Shown one piece after another: positions 13,801 through 28,069 of a stretch of 64,000 nt of DNA. Origin of the DNA: Orbicella franksi. Lineage: Eukaryota. The notes below the pieces were generated by a model. The model did no database searches. It saw only the letters and a list, made by a program, of their open reading frames with translations, and was not told where the DNA came from. The position numbers and the translations under genes are program-made. Position 1 is the stretch's first letter; each line of letters begins with the position of its first letter. The DNA lies in the NCBI GenBank assembly GCA_964199315.1, contig OZ116702.1, positions 9,114,001-9,178,000 of the forward strand, read 5' to 3'.

Positions 13801-14797
13801 CAACACCAGCAAGATCTTGCAATAAATCAAACAGAAAGGGGTTACTGACATCCACAAGGCAAAGTAAGAGTGTGACGGAAAGTTCAGGAAGAGTCTATGA
13901 TCGTAAGTCTATTGTCAACTTTTTTCCTTTTTGCAAGTTTTGCAACAGGATTTGTGAAAATCAAACTTTAATTAGCACATGTATGTGTTTGACCTCAAAG
14001 AAGTGTGAGATTCAGTGTGTAATAAGTGAAAATACAGTTTTGGAAGGGATTATACTCATCTTTTTGATATCACGTCAAGGTTGAAACAATTCTGTTTATG
14101 ATGACCGTACAGTAGTTCATGCAACAACAAAAACAACAATGCAACAAAAAGAAAATATCAACAAGAAAAAGATATCTAAAACTGCAGTGATTTATCTAAA
14201 AGGAGGTGTACGATACCCTGGATCACCCTTTCATTTGGTTTTCAAAACAGAGGACAGGTACAGGCAATGCTCTCTATTTTGTCATGCTGTCCATAATAGT
14301 CATGCCATCTGACAGGGTGTGGAAAAAAAAGGACAAGTTAACTTGTGCAGAAATTTCTAGGGGGAAAGTGCGGAAAAATGTTTTGATTAGTATAGGTCGT
14401 CATTCGGTTTCGAGTTCAGTTTGGAATTAATTTGCACAAGTGAGTTTTTCAAAAAGCTGAAATTGCACAAGCCGCTTCGGCAAGTGCAATTTCAGCTTTT
14501 TTAAAAACTCACTTGTGCAAAGTAATTCCAAATTGAACAGGAAAAACCATATGATTACTTATAAATAATATAAACATGAAAAAATACGCTTGGAGGAAAT
14601 GCTGGAAGATCTTTCTTGAAGCCATTTTTTCTCATTTGAGAAAACTTTTCTCAAAGTTTCTGCACAAAATTTTCATCATCATTTTACATGATATCATTGG
14701 CTAAAAAATTTCCTGTTGTCTTTCAGCCAATCATATTCCAGAAAATTTTACGATGTGTAATTTGCACTGGTGTTACGCTTTTTGCACTGATGTTACA

Positions 14798-14830
<33 letters not shown>

Positions 14831-17800
14831 GATTAAGTTTTTCTGGCATATTATTATGCAGAAAACACACTGGATTATGAGGAAACTTGAACAGTTTACA
14901 AAATTGATAAGAAAGCCTTTCCAATTTACCAAACAACAGTGAAACAAAAAGCACTTCAAAGTCTTACCCAGAATTTAATCTACTTATTAAACATCATGCC
15001 TGCCAACTTTGACACATGCTTGATCTGTTTCTAGTATTTGTTGACAGGTATTTCTTCATTTAACACAGGTTTGAATACACAATGTAGAATATTTTGGGTG
15101 AAAAATTTGTTGTTGCGTTCTTGGAATGTCCGTAACTTAGTAACCAGGTATTGCAGTGAATGATGAAAAACTACAGTAGTTTCCAGGCTATTTGCCAAAA
15201 GATGGATGGAACGCCTCAAGGTTGAAAAGTCATCACGAACAAAATTTTTTTTTTTCGTGAAAGAGAAAAAGAATTCAACATAATAAATCTCCTCGGAATT
15301 TTAACTTGTGGGGATGGTAAGCAGCTGCTTCGTTACTAATATGAAACACTAACTGGTTTATGCAGAAATTAAAGGTCTGATTATGCGGAGGATATGGATG
15401 TTAGGGAATTATACGGATCCACACCACCACATCCTGTCAGATGCCCTGAATAGTAAGGATTATCGTAATTACTGTGAACAGGCTCCCAATTGGATTATCT
15501 GGGCCAGACAGGACACTGACAAACCCGATTGGATTATTTGGCCTGATTATCTAGCCTGGGAAGGATACAACGCTTGGCTCTCTTCACGCAAGCTGAATGT
15601 TTTCATCCTCACTGGGAGCCTGTTCACAGGCTTCTGATTCATGTACACCTATGTAAACTAAGCAGAACATTTTTAAGGTGTACTTTAATAAAACATATCA
15701 GGGAAGATGAAATAATTTTTCTGTGTTTAGTGTCAACTTTTGGACCTTTTTTGTGTTGTTATTGAATGTAAAGTAATTATCCAACCAGCATCTAGATATG
15801 AAGACACTTCTGGCAGTACAAGTACATCCTACAAAGTCATGCAGTACAAGATTGGAAGCACCAAGGGTCGTAGCTCTCCACGACCTCAATCCAATGGCCG
15901 ATCTGTACCAAGACCAAAGAGTCAGATCCACAGTGCTGCAGCCAAGAAATCCCCTGGTGACAGAGACAGATTCATAAGCACAGCAGAGAGGGTAAAATAC
16001 TGTTTTTGAACAAATGGCTTGAGCTGTTTGAGCGGCTGATGTTTTTTTTTGTTAAAAAAAAAAAAAAAACAGATAGCCCAAGTTGTTTGAATGGCATTGC
16101 AACCCGTTCAAATGGCTGACAACCTACTCACAAAATGCTATCCAGTTCAAAACAGTTAGCCGTAAGAAATGTTTTCACGTGAGAGGTCACAAATATTTGA
16201 TAGGGGGCCTTAGCCTTAATTTTGCTCAAAAAGCTTTTTTCAGTGTAGTGACTGTGTACAGTGCAGTACAGTATATCAGCTTTTTGGTTGTTCCTATTCT
16301 GAGAGATGAATGATGGTGGCTTGTCATTAGAATTTACTTTGTAAATTGTTGAATACCCTAGGATAATCGGGGTGTGGTTGTGTACAGCAATGCACCAACT
16401 TTTGTCTTCATTCAAGAAACAGGAACACATCTGTTGCTTAGTTTTGAGTATTGGATATGCTTACTGGATTTCACACATACATGTACATGTAGTTAGCATC
16501 CTTCAAGTGGATATGTTATGGTATTTGTGTCTGCTGTACATGCGCTTGCACGTGAAGGCACAATGTTGAGTGAGACTTCAGCACGTACTTATACCATGAA
16601 AATAAAGTAATGGAAGGTTTCCTTAAGAGGCTTTCATGTTGGTTTAAAAATTCATGGAGAATTCTATTCAAATTTCATGGGTGCAGTTGTCTCAAATTTT
16701 TGTCAAGATACAGCCTCATAATTTTTTACGCAAAATATTAATAGTGGAAAAGATATTAGTCTGGCTGCCTTACAGAGTGTGCAGTTTACATGTACCAGTG
16801 GACAACCCTTGCCTTTGTTAATTGGACTGTTTTTCTCACAATCAAGGTTGTTCGCCTGGATGAACGAGACAGATACAAACAGTTAGTGGCGCAGTTCACC
16901 ACCATACAGACACCTGAAAGTGTTGGAACATCTTGGAACAGAACTGTGGCTGAACCATTACAAGTTGACACTGATTTTCTTACCAAGACAAGGTCACATG
17001 GAAGGTAGATCATGCAAATGATTTATTTGCTCATGTAGCATACTAGAACTCAACAACTTTTAGAGTGTGTACATTTTGTACTTGTAAGTCCTGAAAAAGG
17101 TACTAATTGAATTGGAACTTTGAAAATTGCTTTGACAAAGGAGGAAAACAACAACAGCAAGAACTGACCACAGCTTTAAATGTACAGTACCTAACTAATA
17201 AGTTTAACTAATGAATTATTTGTGTCATTAATAATAATAATAATAATAATAGTAATAATAATAATACTAATGATAATAATGACTTTATTACCATGTCAAT
17301 TACATCTAACAGTGGAGAATCCCCACTGCTAGATGTACTCGTTAGTAGTTTCATTGGTGTTTTGGCATTTTGTTGTGTGTAAATGGACACATGTATTACT
17401 TAAAGAAAAAAAAATACATGTAATTGAAAAAATCAACAGGAGTACTAGCTGTCCAAAAATAATAAATATTAAGTGCTAGATATGCAAAGTAGCCATGTGT
17501 GTATGTACTAAGAAAAAATGTTTTTTTTTGAGGGGAGGAAAAAAAATACAGGGTTGCAAGGGTTGAAATGTTCTGGGATAAACCTGGAGATATTTTGTTC
17601 ATGTACATGTATAACAACTCTACATTGTGCGGTACGACCATTTTGTCAGACAGCAAAAATGTGCTGTGCTTTATGGGGAGAATTTGTCTTGTAATCTTGG
17701 AAATGAAAGAGTTAAATACAACCGTGTAAGTCCTAGTTACATAATTATAGCATACCATAATGACTGTCAGTGTCTGCTGCTTCCATTTGCTTCATAGCTC

Positions 17801-20800
17801 AGAAGTACAGTTGTGGGGTATCACCACTGTGATCACTTTGTAGTCGTATGTTTACGTGTCGTACATGTATCTCAGAATCTTTTGTGCATGGCAAAATCAA
17901 GGATCTGAACGTATGGTTAAAGCAAAATTTTAGTGTGCAATTTTAGTTTTAGTGTAGAAAATTGTCTTTCATTGTGATTGCACATCTCTGTTGTAATCAA
18001 ACAGGTCAGAAAATGGAAGTCTGTTGTCACCGAGATCCAGCTTGCTACCACCCTCTGTGTCATTCACAGTCCCAGCGTCCGCTCCCCAGTCATCAACCAG
18101 GCTGAGGGTAATGGCATCACCAAGGAGATCTGTCAACAGATCCCGCCAGGCTACCTCAGATGTTAGTTTGTACTCAAGGCCAGGTTAGTAAAATGACTGT
18201 AGGGTTCCATGGAGTGATGAAAGAGGCATTGTAGCACAATGTTATAGTACAATAGCTAAGCTCCTATGGGAGGCGTCAGTAGCAAGCCTTAAGAACCTCT
18301 GCATAGGAGGCTGTACAATAGTGGACTTGCATAAAACTTCCATGCTGGAGAGCTACAGTATTAATTACAGAGTCCCACAGCTTGGAGAATTCTCTTCTTC
18401 TGATTGGTTATTTGATAAGGCAAGGCATTCACTGTAGAGTGTAGTGTGGAATTGGGTAAGGCGCTTACATGATACTGAACCTGTGCAACCTTTTCTCCTA
18501 CATCAACTTGTTTGATTATAATACAAACATCCGGATAATACAGACACTTCTGGTGTCCATCTTAACCAGATTCCACTGTATGTTTTGTCTAGGTAATCAT
18601 ATGGTTGTGAGTACAATTTGGAATTAATTTGCATGAGTGAGTTTTTCAAAAAGCTGAAATTGCATGAGCCACCCTGGCAGAGCTTTTAAAAAAACTCATA
18701 AGTGTTAATTAATTCCAAATTCAACGAGAAAAACCATATGATTACTTATTAATAACATAAACATGAAAACATTTGCATGGAGGAAATGAGGGAAGATCTT
18801 TCTTGAAACCATTTTTTCTCATTCGAGGAAACTTTTTTCAAAGTTTCTGGACTAAATTTTCACCATCATTTTATGTGATATCATTGACTTAGAAAATTTC
18901 CTATTTTCTTTCAGCCAATCATAACCTAGAATTACGATGTGTAATTTGCACTGGTGTTACACTTTTGCACTGGTGTTACACTTGAACTGCATTCCTCGCA
19001 GCTAATCAGAATCGAATAATGTTTTCATGTATATTATTAGTAATGTAACTGTGTAGTTACGCTATTTTGCCATTTTAGGTCCCATTGAAGTGTCACCTCC
19101 AAGCAGTAGTTATCGATCAAGGTACGTTTAAAAACAGGAAGCAAAGGAAAAATTGAGTGGCGTGATATAAGTTTTGTGATTGTACAACCACAGCGCCCCA
19201 AGACATTTCCAAGCTGCTCAAAGTTTGTCGTCCATCTTTTTTCAACTCTGTTCAGCAACTGTGTTTTGAAGTGCAATGAAACAGTCTGTCATGTTTGATA
19301 TATCACCTGGTTGATGTAGATATAAGGAAAAACAGCAGTTGTGATGTACATGTACAAGAATCCAGTGCAATGAAATTCTGTCCCATGGATAATGTTTGAG
19401 ATGTGACTAGAGCTGTGATGTGCTGTATTTAACAATTGTCTTGAAAAATCACGTGGAATATCTCCTGAGGTGACAGGCCAAGTTGGCTTAAATATGGCGA
19501 TACTCCACGGCATTGAACGGGATTAAAATTCTAGTTATCTTTTCAACAAACCGTCAATGAAGCAATGAAGCAATGTTTCAGTTCACAGCCACATGGACAT
19601 TTAAATATGGTTATTCAGTGCTTTGCAAGACTGTAGACAGTTTCCGTAGCTTAACAATGACTTACTGACCATGCAAGGGCAATGTGGACATCTGTGATGT
19701 GAATATCAACATAACCTGTGTAACTTTCTCGAGAGAGAATATCCCAAAAAATGTGAATGCATGCTTACCTCTTGTCATGACAAGAATCTCATGGTAGCAA
19801 ACATATAGTCACCTTGCCCATCGCCCCATAAATGCTGCAGCCTCAAATAAATGCTAACTGCAAGCAAACTGCAGGGTGACTATATCGGTGGCCTACAATG
19901 AATTATATGCAGTTGCAATTCTTTCCTAGCTTTTGTTGTGGAGCTGTGCAAAGTTCCTAAATTCTGGCAATTTTCTGTAAACCGCTGGAAGCTGGAATGT
20001 CTAATTTGTGTTTTAGTAGGACACTGGACACGCCTGCTGTGTGCAATCCCTTTGATGAGGATTGGACCAGAAAGTGGTTAGTACATAGGACTCATTGTAT
20101 TTGTATCCTGGAAGTGTGTTATTTTAAAGTTATTGTCAAATTTTTTCACGATCGTTAGCTAATTGACAATTGTTCCACGAGCGCGCGTTGGATATGAAAT
20201 GGTAGACAGCCAACGAGTTCCAGTCCCCGTGACTTGACTGAGCCCGCAAGTTTTATGTGGAAGTTGCTAAGCGACTGATTACATCACGATGGCGTGACAA
20301 CTTTCGTATAACTCTCTAGCACTCACTATTTTGATTACAGGATAAAAAAAAGATACTTTACGAGTGCTTCGATGAAGATTTGCCAAAATGGCACTTGTTC
20401 CCATATTGATATTTGCATATTTGTATTTGTGCAACCCTGTTTAAATTTTGGAGGAAAATCATTGCTGTTATCTGGACCTCGGTAGTGTGAGGTATCACGT
20501 ATACTTTATTAAGTTCTACAACTTAATTGATACCTAATTCCTGTACGTTTATCATTCTCTCTATAGGCGAGATCTTCTGTCAGATGAAAGTTTATCGAGG
20601 CAAAGGGAGATTTCAAAGGAGGAGAAGAAATTGCAGGCATTAAAACAAAAGGTAGTATGGCAGACAATAAATGTACTTGAACGGCGGAAGTTTGACTGAT
20701 TTCACTGCCAGATTGAGGTTGCCTTACTACCTGTTCATTATTACAAGGCTCACAACGTTCATCATATTATCTTACTAGCATTGTATTTTCTATTGCTTTT

Positions 20801-23800
20801 CTAGCGAGAAGAAGATACTCAAGCGCTCAAAGAAAAGGTACAGTGCGTGTACATGTGGCATAAGAACATTCTTTAACTTAGTTGGCGCAAAAATAGACTG
20901 TTTACGAATACGGGACGCATATGTCAGGAACAACTGTTCGGAACAGCTAGTGTCCAAGGGCAAGCATCCGTGCATATTTTTGAAGTGTTTTGTACTAACT
21001 ATCCTTCAAATAATTGTTTAGCCCTTGTAACAGTTAATCATGTCGCTATCGATCTTAGCAACTTTCTATTTATGTTGATCACGTGAGGATGAAGTGTGAG
21101 AGAGTTATTTCACGGCACATGTTTGTAGTATTGGTCGGTCGGTCGGTCGGTCGGTCGTATTTTAATTGCTGTTATTATCACAGTGTAATTGAGACAAATT
21201 TTAATTGCCAACTCTTTATTTAATGCGAGACGGAAATCACGAAGTGTTCAACCAGCGTAATATTAATTTTGCTGTGTAGGTAGTTAAATACACTTCCCTC
21301 TAATTCCTTTTACCGTGTGGGGTTTGAAATGTCTTCCAGATACCTACTGCAAAAGATCGTAGTACCGAATGCACCGGCTTTTCTCCTAGTAATTACTTGT
21401 TCGTGATGTTTTCCAAAACTGTCGGTTCAGTAAATCTCACAAGGTAAGGGGTGAGTGTTGCAAAAAGAGAGATGTGCCTGGATAAAGGACAAATGGTAAT
21501 GGCAACTTTGTGTTAGGTTTTACTGTAGACAACTGTTTTATTCATTATTCATTATAATTGTTGTTGTTGTTTTTTTGGAATTAAGATCCAACATAGATTA
21601 AGGAGAGTGAAACAAGGATTTGACGAAGAGGAGGAAACAGAGGTATTGACTATCCTGCGAAAAAATTGCTTTAGTTATCTTTTGCCGTGTACTAAACCAG
21701 TGAAGGACAAAGAAAAAATCGTTCTTGTCTAGTGCTGAATACAATATCAAAATGAGGGCGGTGTTTCTCTGTTGTTTCGAACTTGCAGTAACGGTTCCTG
21801 ACGATCTTAAGGTTAGTTTGTATGTAACAAAATGGACTCAAATAACTTGAAGTAATTGTCACATTCCTTTCAACGGTACATTTTTAGATAGTTTATAGCA
21901 GTTATATAATCTTAGTTCATTTAGTGTAATATTTATTCCCAAATGTACGTTTTTTACTTGTTATTTTGTTTTCTTGGCGCACCTGTTAACTAGCTGCTAC
22001 GTTGTATAGACTCTGCTTATCTAGTCTATGGGACGCACCGTTACCATAGCTAAGTGTGCGTCCAGGTAAAGTATATTATGTGTATGTCTTCATTAGAGTG
22101 TGATCTTGCTCTTCCAGGGAGAGGAAGAAGTCGAAGAAGGTACAGATTCGTTTGTACCACTCACAAATGAAATGGAGAGAATGGTGAGTCACAGTGAACC
22201 CTGCAGACTCTGGTTGCGGTCTTCAGGAGATAAAATGATTTTATGTTAAGCAACGGGAGGTCATGATAACGTGATGTGCTCGCGGGTTTTGATTGGTAAA
22301 TTGTTATCATTTATTTTTTATCTTTTTGCTTAAAAAGGGGGATAAGTTTTTGAATGTGTCCATGAGGATTTAACTAAAACCCGATCTATTTATTCGCATG
22401 TGCCAACCAAATAAAGTAAAGAAATTCGGTGATCTTGTTGGCATGTTAATCAAATTAACAGACAGATCGCGTCAGTCATCTGATCTTTTGGTATGGGTTG
22501 CTTTTCCTTCAGGTGGATTCTGCCTTGGCTCCAGGGTACTCTGAAGATCCTCTTGTTGAAGGCTTCCGCGTGACTCTGAAACGAAGTGACTTGGCAACTC
22601 TTAGTAACCTGAACTGGCTCAATGATGAGGTACATGCAGTGTGTTCTGGTGCTATGTGATTTAAAGGGGCGCTATAAGGGGCATAGCGATTTTGATTTTT
22701 TCTTTTTTTGGTCAAAACCGACGTTTCTAATTTAATCAGCAAGTATCTTCGCTCACACAAGAGCATTGAGACATTAATAGTGAATTGTAGAAGGGAGTAC
22801 AAATTATAATTATTTAATGAGACTTTCAGTGCTCCGTATAGATGCTTAACTCATGAATTGATCGCTTCAGTTCACTAGTACTATTTTGCTTCAGAGTTTT
22901 CGAAATGATGCTCATGATATTCCCAAGTCTCCTCCAGGCGTTCAGTTAGTTGGGGCACAGCGCGAAAAATGGCGCACGAAAAAATATTGTCGCTCCTCGC
23001 ACTAAGTCTCTCTCTCCTTTATTTCGCTCCGCCATTTTTTTCTCGCTGTACCCCAACTAACTGAACGCTAGTCCTGACGAAGGCCCAGGAAGATGAAAAG
23101 AAAACAAGGCTTTATAGTAGCCTTCGGAACAAGTGGTACAGTGGGGTGGAGCGCGAACCGCGATACAAAGACGCAGAGTGCCGGGACAGCAAGCGCGGAG
23201 CGAGACACCTCTTCCTCAAACTCCCTGCTCGCCCTCACGCTTAGCGCTCGCGTATTGGGCTCCGCACTCTATTCTGCTTAACTGTCTGTTCTGCAAGTTA
23301 GCTTAACTTAACTCTGATATATCTATGTTTATTATAAATGAACTTTCCAGGGTTTCAAAGAGTGGATCTGTAAGTAAAAAATGTGGATTTATATCGGGAA
23401 TATAGGTTCATGATAAACTATTGGCTGACTAGTAGGAAATCTGGCTAGGTAAAAATTGTTATGGCTGGCAAAATCTAACATAACAGTAGCCCGTTAGCCA
23501 GGGTGTTAAAATATCAGTCCCCAGCCCTGGAAGAAAATCGTGGTTTTGGCTTTTTGTAAATAGCACCAGGTGATGAATTACTTTGTTGCTTGATTTTCTC
23601 TTCTGTTGCGCAGATAATCAACTTCTTCTTTAACCTTCTCGTGGAAAGGAGTAACCAGGAAGGGAAAGTAAAAGTCCATGCTTTCAATTCATTCTTTTAT
23701 CCCAAACTCGTCAAATCAGGATATGCAAGCCTTAAACGTTGGACTAAGAAGGTAAGTAGGTTTGTCTTATATCACTCCTTGGCTTTGTTTCATTCATCGT

Positions 23801-26800
23801 CGTTCTGTGAATTGTAAAGCAAGGACCAAACGATCGCAACATTTCAAAGCAACATATCGAAATATTGTTGGAAGCAACATACTACATGTTGCGCGCGTTT
23901 GGCCAGCCTGTTGCGACGTATTGTGACAATTGGGTGCTGTGGACTTAAATTTGACCACTTTCAAACTTGAACCGACAACACACAGCATGTCGCAACACGT
24001 CGCAACAGGCTGGCCAAACGATGTTGCGTTGAAATGTTGCGATCGTTTGGTCGGGGCTTAACGCAGCGACCTCGTTGTTTGTTAAGGACAATTGTTGCTT
24101 GACAACCAGAAATAACTGTTCTTGTCAATGTCACTATATACCTTTTGATTGAATATCATCATCTTAAAGGAGCTCAGTCACGGTTTGCGCATATTGAAAA
24201 GTTTAGCCTCAATTTTTCAAATTCGTCGTTTGTAATCCGTGTTAATCTTCTCCATCCTTAGCCATCCTTGTTCCTTTATGGTTTATCATTATCTCTTTGG
24301 TGTTTTTCTATCTTATTAAACTGTTATTTTCAGGTTTTCTATCATTTAAAGGTAATTTTGTATGTGGCCAAAATAACTCAAAATACCGTGACTGAGCTCC
24401 TTTAATGTTAATCTAAATTTGCGGATAAGTTATCCGTGTGGTTGTTGCTTCTTGGTCTGCCGAGAAATTTGCAGGGAAACTCGACAGAAAGAGAGCAAAA
24501 CGAGTCTAAAATCGTAGGATTTTAGTTGGAATGGTACAGCGGTGCAACATATTGTGAAAGTTATAAGAGCCCTTCATTTCACCATCACCCGGTTTGTAGA
24601 AATATGAAGAATGGCCACGTACATTTTGTCACTAGACCACAGCCATTCATGGTGTTCCGGTGTTCTCGTCCTGCGTGCGACTCGTTGATAAGTCGATAAG
24701 AATCGAAATATTTTCAGTTACGTTGTACAAGCCGTTCTCGAGTAATAATGAGGAGCGAGTTGAAGCTGTGCGGCCGCGCTCTCTCACTCTCGCGCGCCTC
24801 TCCAACTCGCGCCCTATTAATAGTTGAGCGCCTGGTAGTTTGGTGCTGCGAGCATTTGCCTATCGTAGAACAGGTTACTCTGGATTGTGTTGTTTCTGTT
24901 TGGTAGTTTTACCTTATGTGTATATATTCATACTACTTGAACATTGTAAAAAGCCAAACATCGTTAATTTTTNNNNNNNNNNNNNNNNNNNNNNNNNNNN
25001 NNNNNNNNNNNNNNNNNNNNNNNNNNNNNNNNNNNNNNNNNNNNNNNNNNNNNNNNNNNNNNNNNNNNNNNNNNNNNNNNNNNNNNNNNNNNNNNNNNNN
25101 NNGGATATCTTTGCCATGGATTTGGTTCTTGTTCCTGTCCATTTAGGAATGCACTGGTGTTTGGCGGTGAGAGTTTGTTTGTTTGTTTGTTTTTTCATCA
25201 TTCAGGATTTCCTTCTGTTTCTTGTTAGTGTATCAAGGCATCTGCACCGCCATAACAGCACTCTCTCTCTCTAGCATCTCCGTTTTAGCGCAAAGCGAAT
25301 GTTTTCTTTTGCTTGAAGATTATGACGTGTCGTAAGCTCCGACCAATAAGAACACAGCCTAGAGTCTGGCGTGCTGTTTTCACAGCCAATCAGATTGAAG
25401 GTGTCATTTTTCTTGCCAGTCAGGTGTCACAAACAAACACCTGTCTTGTCCCGAACTTTTCAACCGCTGCCTGTTCTTACTTCTGTTTTAGCTTGGGTTA
25501 GCAGCGGTTGTCGTCTTCCAGACTCCTGTCTGTTCTTTGTTTGTTTTAATTAGTCTTTTGTTAATTTCTGTCACCTTTCCAAGTCTTTCTTTTATAGTTT
25601 GATATATAGTTGTTATTAGTTGCCGTAACTATTGTGTGCTCTTGCATTAATGTTTTGTATTCATATATAAATTTAACTATTTTAGACTTCCTTCATAGCA
25701 TAGAAATAGCGTTTTTCCTCTTCTTTTTTTCTTCTTGTGTGTGCATTTGTGCTCCAGTTTTCTTGCTGATCTGTATTTTATTTCTATTTTATGCTAATGT
25801 TAACTGGCTGCCTGGCTCCGCCAGCTCCTACGGTTATCCCAGGCAGCTAGTACTCGAATTTTTACTTTTCATATTTTCATTGAACATTGCAATTTTTTTT
25901 AGCAAGAGGGAGTACAAATAAAGATTGATTGATTCACCAGGACCGCAGACGAATTGTTATTGATATTTTTTAGTGCAGACATTTGTCGTGTATTTGGGTT
26001 CTTTTGGAATCAGATAAAGTGACTCGCCTTTGTGGACAACAGAGGTGTCACTTAGGGAGTCTTTTAGGGAAATTGCGACTTAACTTGGACAAACTGATCG
26101 GCTGTGCGATAACTGGCTGTGGTTTAACGAGGCTTCATTGTTTCAGAATGGAGCTGACTAGTTTCTATCTACGCCGATAGCTTATCGTTTGATCTCTTTC
26201 CACCTCAGGCAATCGATTTCAACAAAAAATGCATTTCATACTACGACTCACTGAAAGGCTCCAACCCACAGTGCTTGTCAGCACTAAGGTGAGATTTTCC
26301 GTCTTGTTCTAGACTCTTATGTTGTGAAAGCTCTATTTGACAAATCCTCCCTTGAGAAAATCTGACGCGCTAAACTTGCGTCTCACAGAAAATTGTGGAA
26401 TGTTTATTGCAGGTGTGTGTCAATGAAAATATTGTTTTCTCCTTATGTTGTCATAAAAGGAATGGGAAACGCTTCGTCTGACGTGGGTGCAACCATCAAG
26501 TTATGGACGCACGCGGGAGCTTGCTAAACACTGTATAAGCACATGATAACTCGACAGTTTCATGCCGCACGTCTAGAAAATGAGTGTTTAGAAATGTTTT
26601 AAGCCCGAACATTTGTGTTTTTCGCAGAGATTACCTAAACAGTGAGTCTATGGACAAGAAGAAAGTGCCGTTTGACATGACGGGCTGGAAGACAGCGTCT
26701 CCAAAAGTACTCTGTCATATTTTATCTGCTTTTGTCTTTGTTTGCCCTTCTGATTGTTTTAATACAATCATGGTTGAGCTCTCAACCCTTATGTCTTCCT

Positions 26801-28069
26801 TCCTTCTCATGTCCTATAGGATATACCGGAACAACTGAACGGGTGCGATTGCGGAGTTTTCGCTTGCAAGGTACTACTTACTTTGGTCAGTCGGAAAAAG
26901 CATCTCTAACATTCTCCTTCTCACAATACTGTTACTATCTTAGAGGATATGTACACAACTACTCGGATTGACACGGAAGACGCTGTTTCAAGATTCTGTG
27001 CATGCGGTTTTCCAAAAGGATATTCCACCCCCCCGCCCCGCCTGTCGCCAGAAACTTTTTTCCGTGTTTTGTTTTAGTTATGTTATCTCGCGCTTTCCAT
27101 CAGTTACATTTTCCCGCGCTTTCGACCACTGACGTTTCTTTTGCGCTTTCAGTCAGTTACATTTCCCGCGCTTTTAATTAGTTACATTTCCCGCGCTTTC
27201 GATTAGTTATATTTTCCCATGCTTTCCATCAGCTACGTTTTCCCGCGCTTTTCCGCGCTTAAATGATTTTGTGACTTAAGTTCTGATTGGCTTAGGACAG
27301 CATTTTCTGGCGCCGTGATTGGTTGTATGGTTACTGTTATATTTACATGTAAATTTTATATCAGGAGAGGAACTCGTTATGAATTTATGATATACAAAGT
27401 TTAATTATATCACTTCACCGGCAATTGAGAATTCTCCTTCTCTTCTGTTATTCAGTACGCAGAGTATTTATCAAGGAGGGCGAAGTTCGATTTTGATCAG
27501 GTATGATTTCGAATCATTTCGCTTATCAACATTCCATGCAACTTTTTGTGTTTACTTTGTGACCTTATGAAAGGCTCACATATGAACCGCAGGAGAAACG
27601 TGAAGTTTTGTCAGCTGAGTACGTTAGCAATTTTTAAGCTATTACTTTTCTTACTGAAAAGTTTCGTTCATTATATGTTTCTGCCACGTTTCATATATGT
27701 CTCATATATTCACTCTTTCATCTACGCCATATGTATGGTACCTACATAGAAACTACAGTTACCCGGCTGTTAACGTGTCAACTCTTCATAGCTCAGTTGG
27801 CATAGCAACGCACCGGTATCGCGGTGGTCATGGGTTAAAATCCTGTTGTAGCCTTGGATTGTTTTTAGGCTAGAAAGAAATTGTTTACACGCTAAGGGTT
27901 CTATGCCATTCACATCGTTCCCTTAAGATTAACGTGCTCCAAAGTATTTCAACAAATGGACGTTTAGAAAACACAAGTACTTAATGATACGTTGTGTTTT
28001 CATCAGAGGCACATGCCTTACTTCAGGCGCCGAATGGTGTACGAGATTCTGACCAAAAAGCTTCTATGA
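10808..28069 (+). CDS. SENP1: Sentrin/SUMO-specific protease, SENP1/2-like (Ulp1/C48), 22 coding exons, about 684 aa
   Basis: Exons joined by hand at GT-AG sites with consistent phase: 10808-10896, 11286-11322, 11871-11907, 13366-13574, 13716-13863, 15774-15991, 16847-17004, 18005-18183, 19079-19121, 20020-20076, 20567-20651, 20805-20837, 21586-21642, 22118-22183, 22513-22629, 23614-23751, ~25101-25166 (acceptor inside the N gap), 26209-26288, 26628-26706, 26820-26870, 27456-27500, 28007-28069. Catalytic-domain motifs: LNWLNDEIINFF, HAFNSFFYPKL, PVHLGMHWCLA (His), YYDS (Asp), PEQLNGCDCGVF (Gln/Cys), ending HMPYFRRRMVYEILTKKLL*. The low-complexity N-terminal exons are less certain than the catalytic ones. 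Confidence 0.9.
12832..13322. repeat. Hairpin-ended interspersed repeat (family B)
   Basis: TGATTGGCT near one end; terminal inverted repeat CTTATTAACCAAGCT...AGCTTGGTTAATAAG centred on GCGTTCGG. Confidence 0.7.
14394..14857. repeat. Interspersed repeat family A, copy 1 (long terminal hairpin)
   Basis: Matches copies at 18591-19040 and 48508-48898. It has a long inverted repeat centred on GCTTCGGC and ends TATTATTA. Confidence 0.85.
17226..17280. repeat. (TAA)n microsatellite
   Basis: Imperfect TAA run. Confidence 0.9.
18591..19040. repeat. Interspersed repeat family A, copy 2
   Basis: AGGTAATCATATGGTT...TATTATTAG; collinear with copies 1 and 3. Confidence 0.85.
22926..23070. mobile_element. 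Short foldback MITE
   Basis: GCGTTCAGTTAGTTGGGGCACAGCGCGAAAAATGGCG ... CGCCATTTTTTCTCGCTGTACCCCAACTAACTGAACGC. Confidence 0.8.
23815..24061. mobile_element. MITE with TIRs (SENP intron)
   Basis: GACCAAACGATCGCAACATTTCAA ... TTGAAATGTTGCGATCGTTTGGTC. Confidence 0.85.
24168..24401. mobile_element. MITE with TTAA TSD (Kolobok/piggyBac-type target)
   Basis: ttaa|AGGAGCTCAGTCACGGT ... ACCGTGACTGAGCTCCT|ttaa. Confidence 0.9.
24973..25102. other. Assembly gap (130 N)
   Basis: Run of N. It hides the splice acceptor of the SENP exon carrying the catalytic His. Confidence 1.
27080..27260. repeat. Minisatellite with ~25-30-bp units (SENP intron)
   Basis: About six copies of AGTTACATTT(T)CCCGCGCTTT. 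Confidence 0.8.
27787..27870 (+). repeat. tRNA-like repeat head (not a functional tRNA)
   Basis: CTTCATAGCTCAGTTGGCATAGCAACGCACCGGTATCGCGGTGGTCATGGGTTAAAATCC has a degenerate T loop and no clean cloverleaf. Confidence 0.55.

Noticed and set aside
23072-23100. CTGACGAAGGCC as a hammerhead ribozyme
   Set aside because: No stem II closure or GAAAC follows.
24840-25274. Four ORFs spanning the N run
   Set aside because: Artefacts of X translation; only DIFAMD...HWCLA is real (a SENP exon).
27080-27260. Short repeats with variable spacers, and the 56132-56900 repeats, as a CRISPR array
   Set aside because: Eukaryotic intronic or transposon context, no unique spacers of constant length, no cas genes.
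27787-27870. tRNA gene
   Set aside because: The T loop and acceptor stem are degenerate; it is a tRNA-derived repeat.
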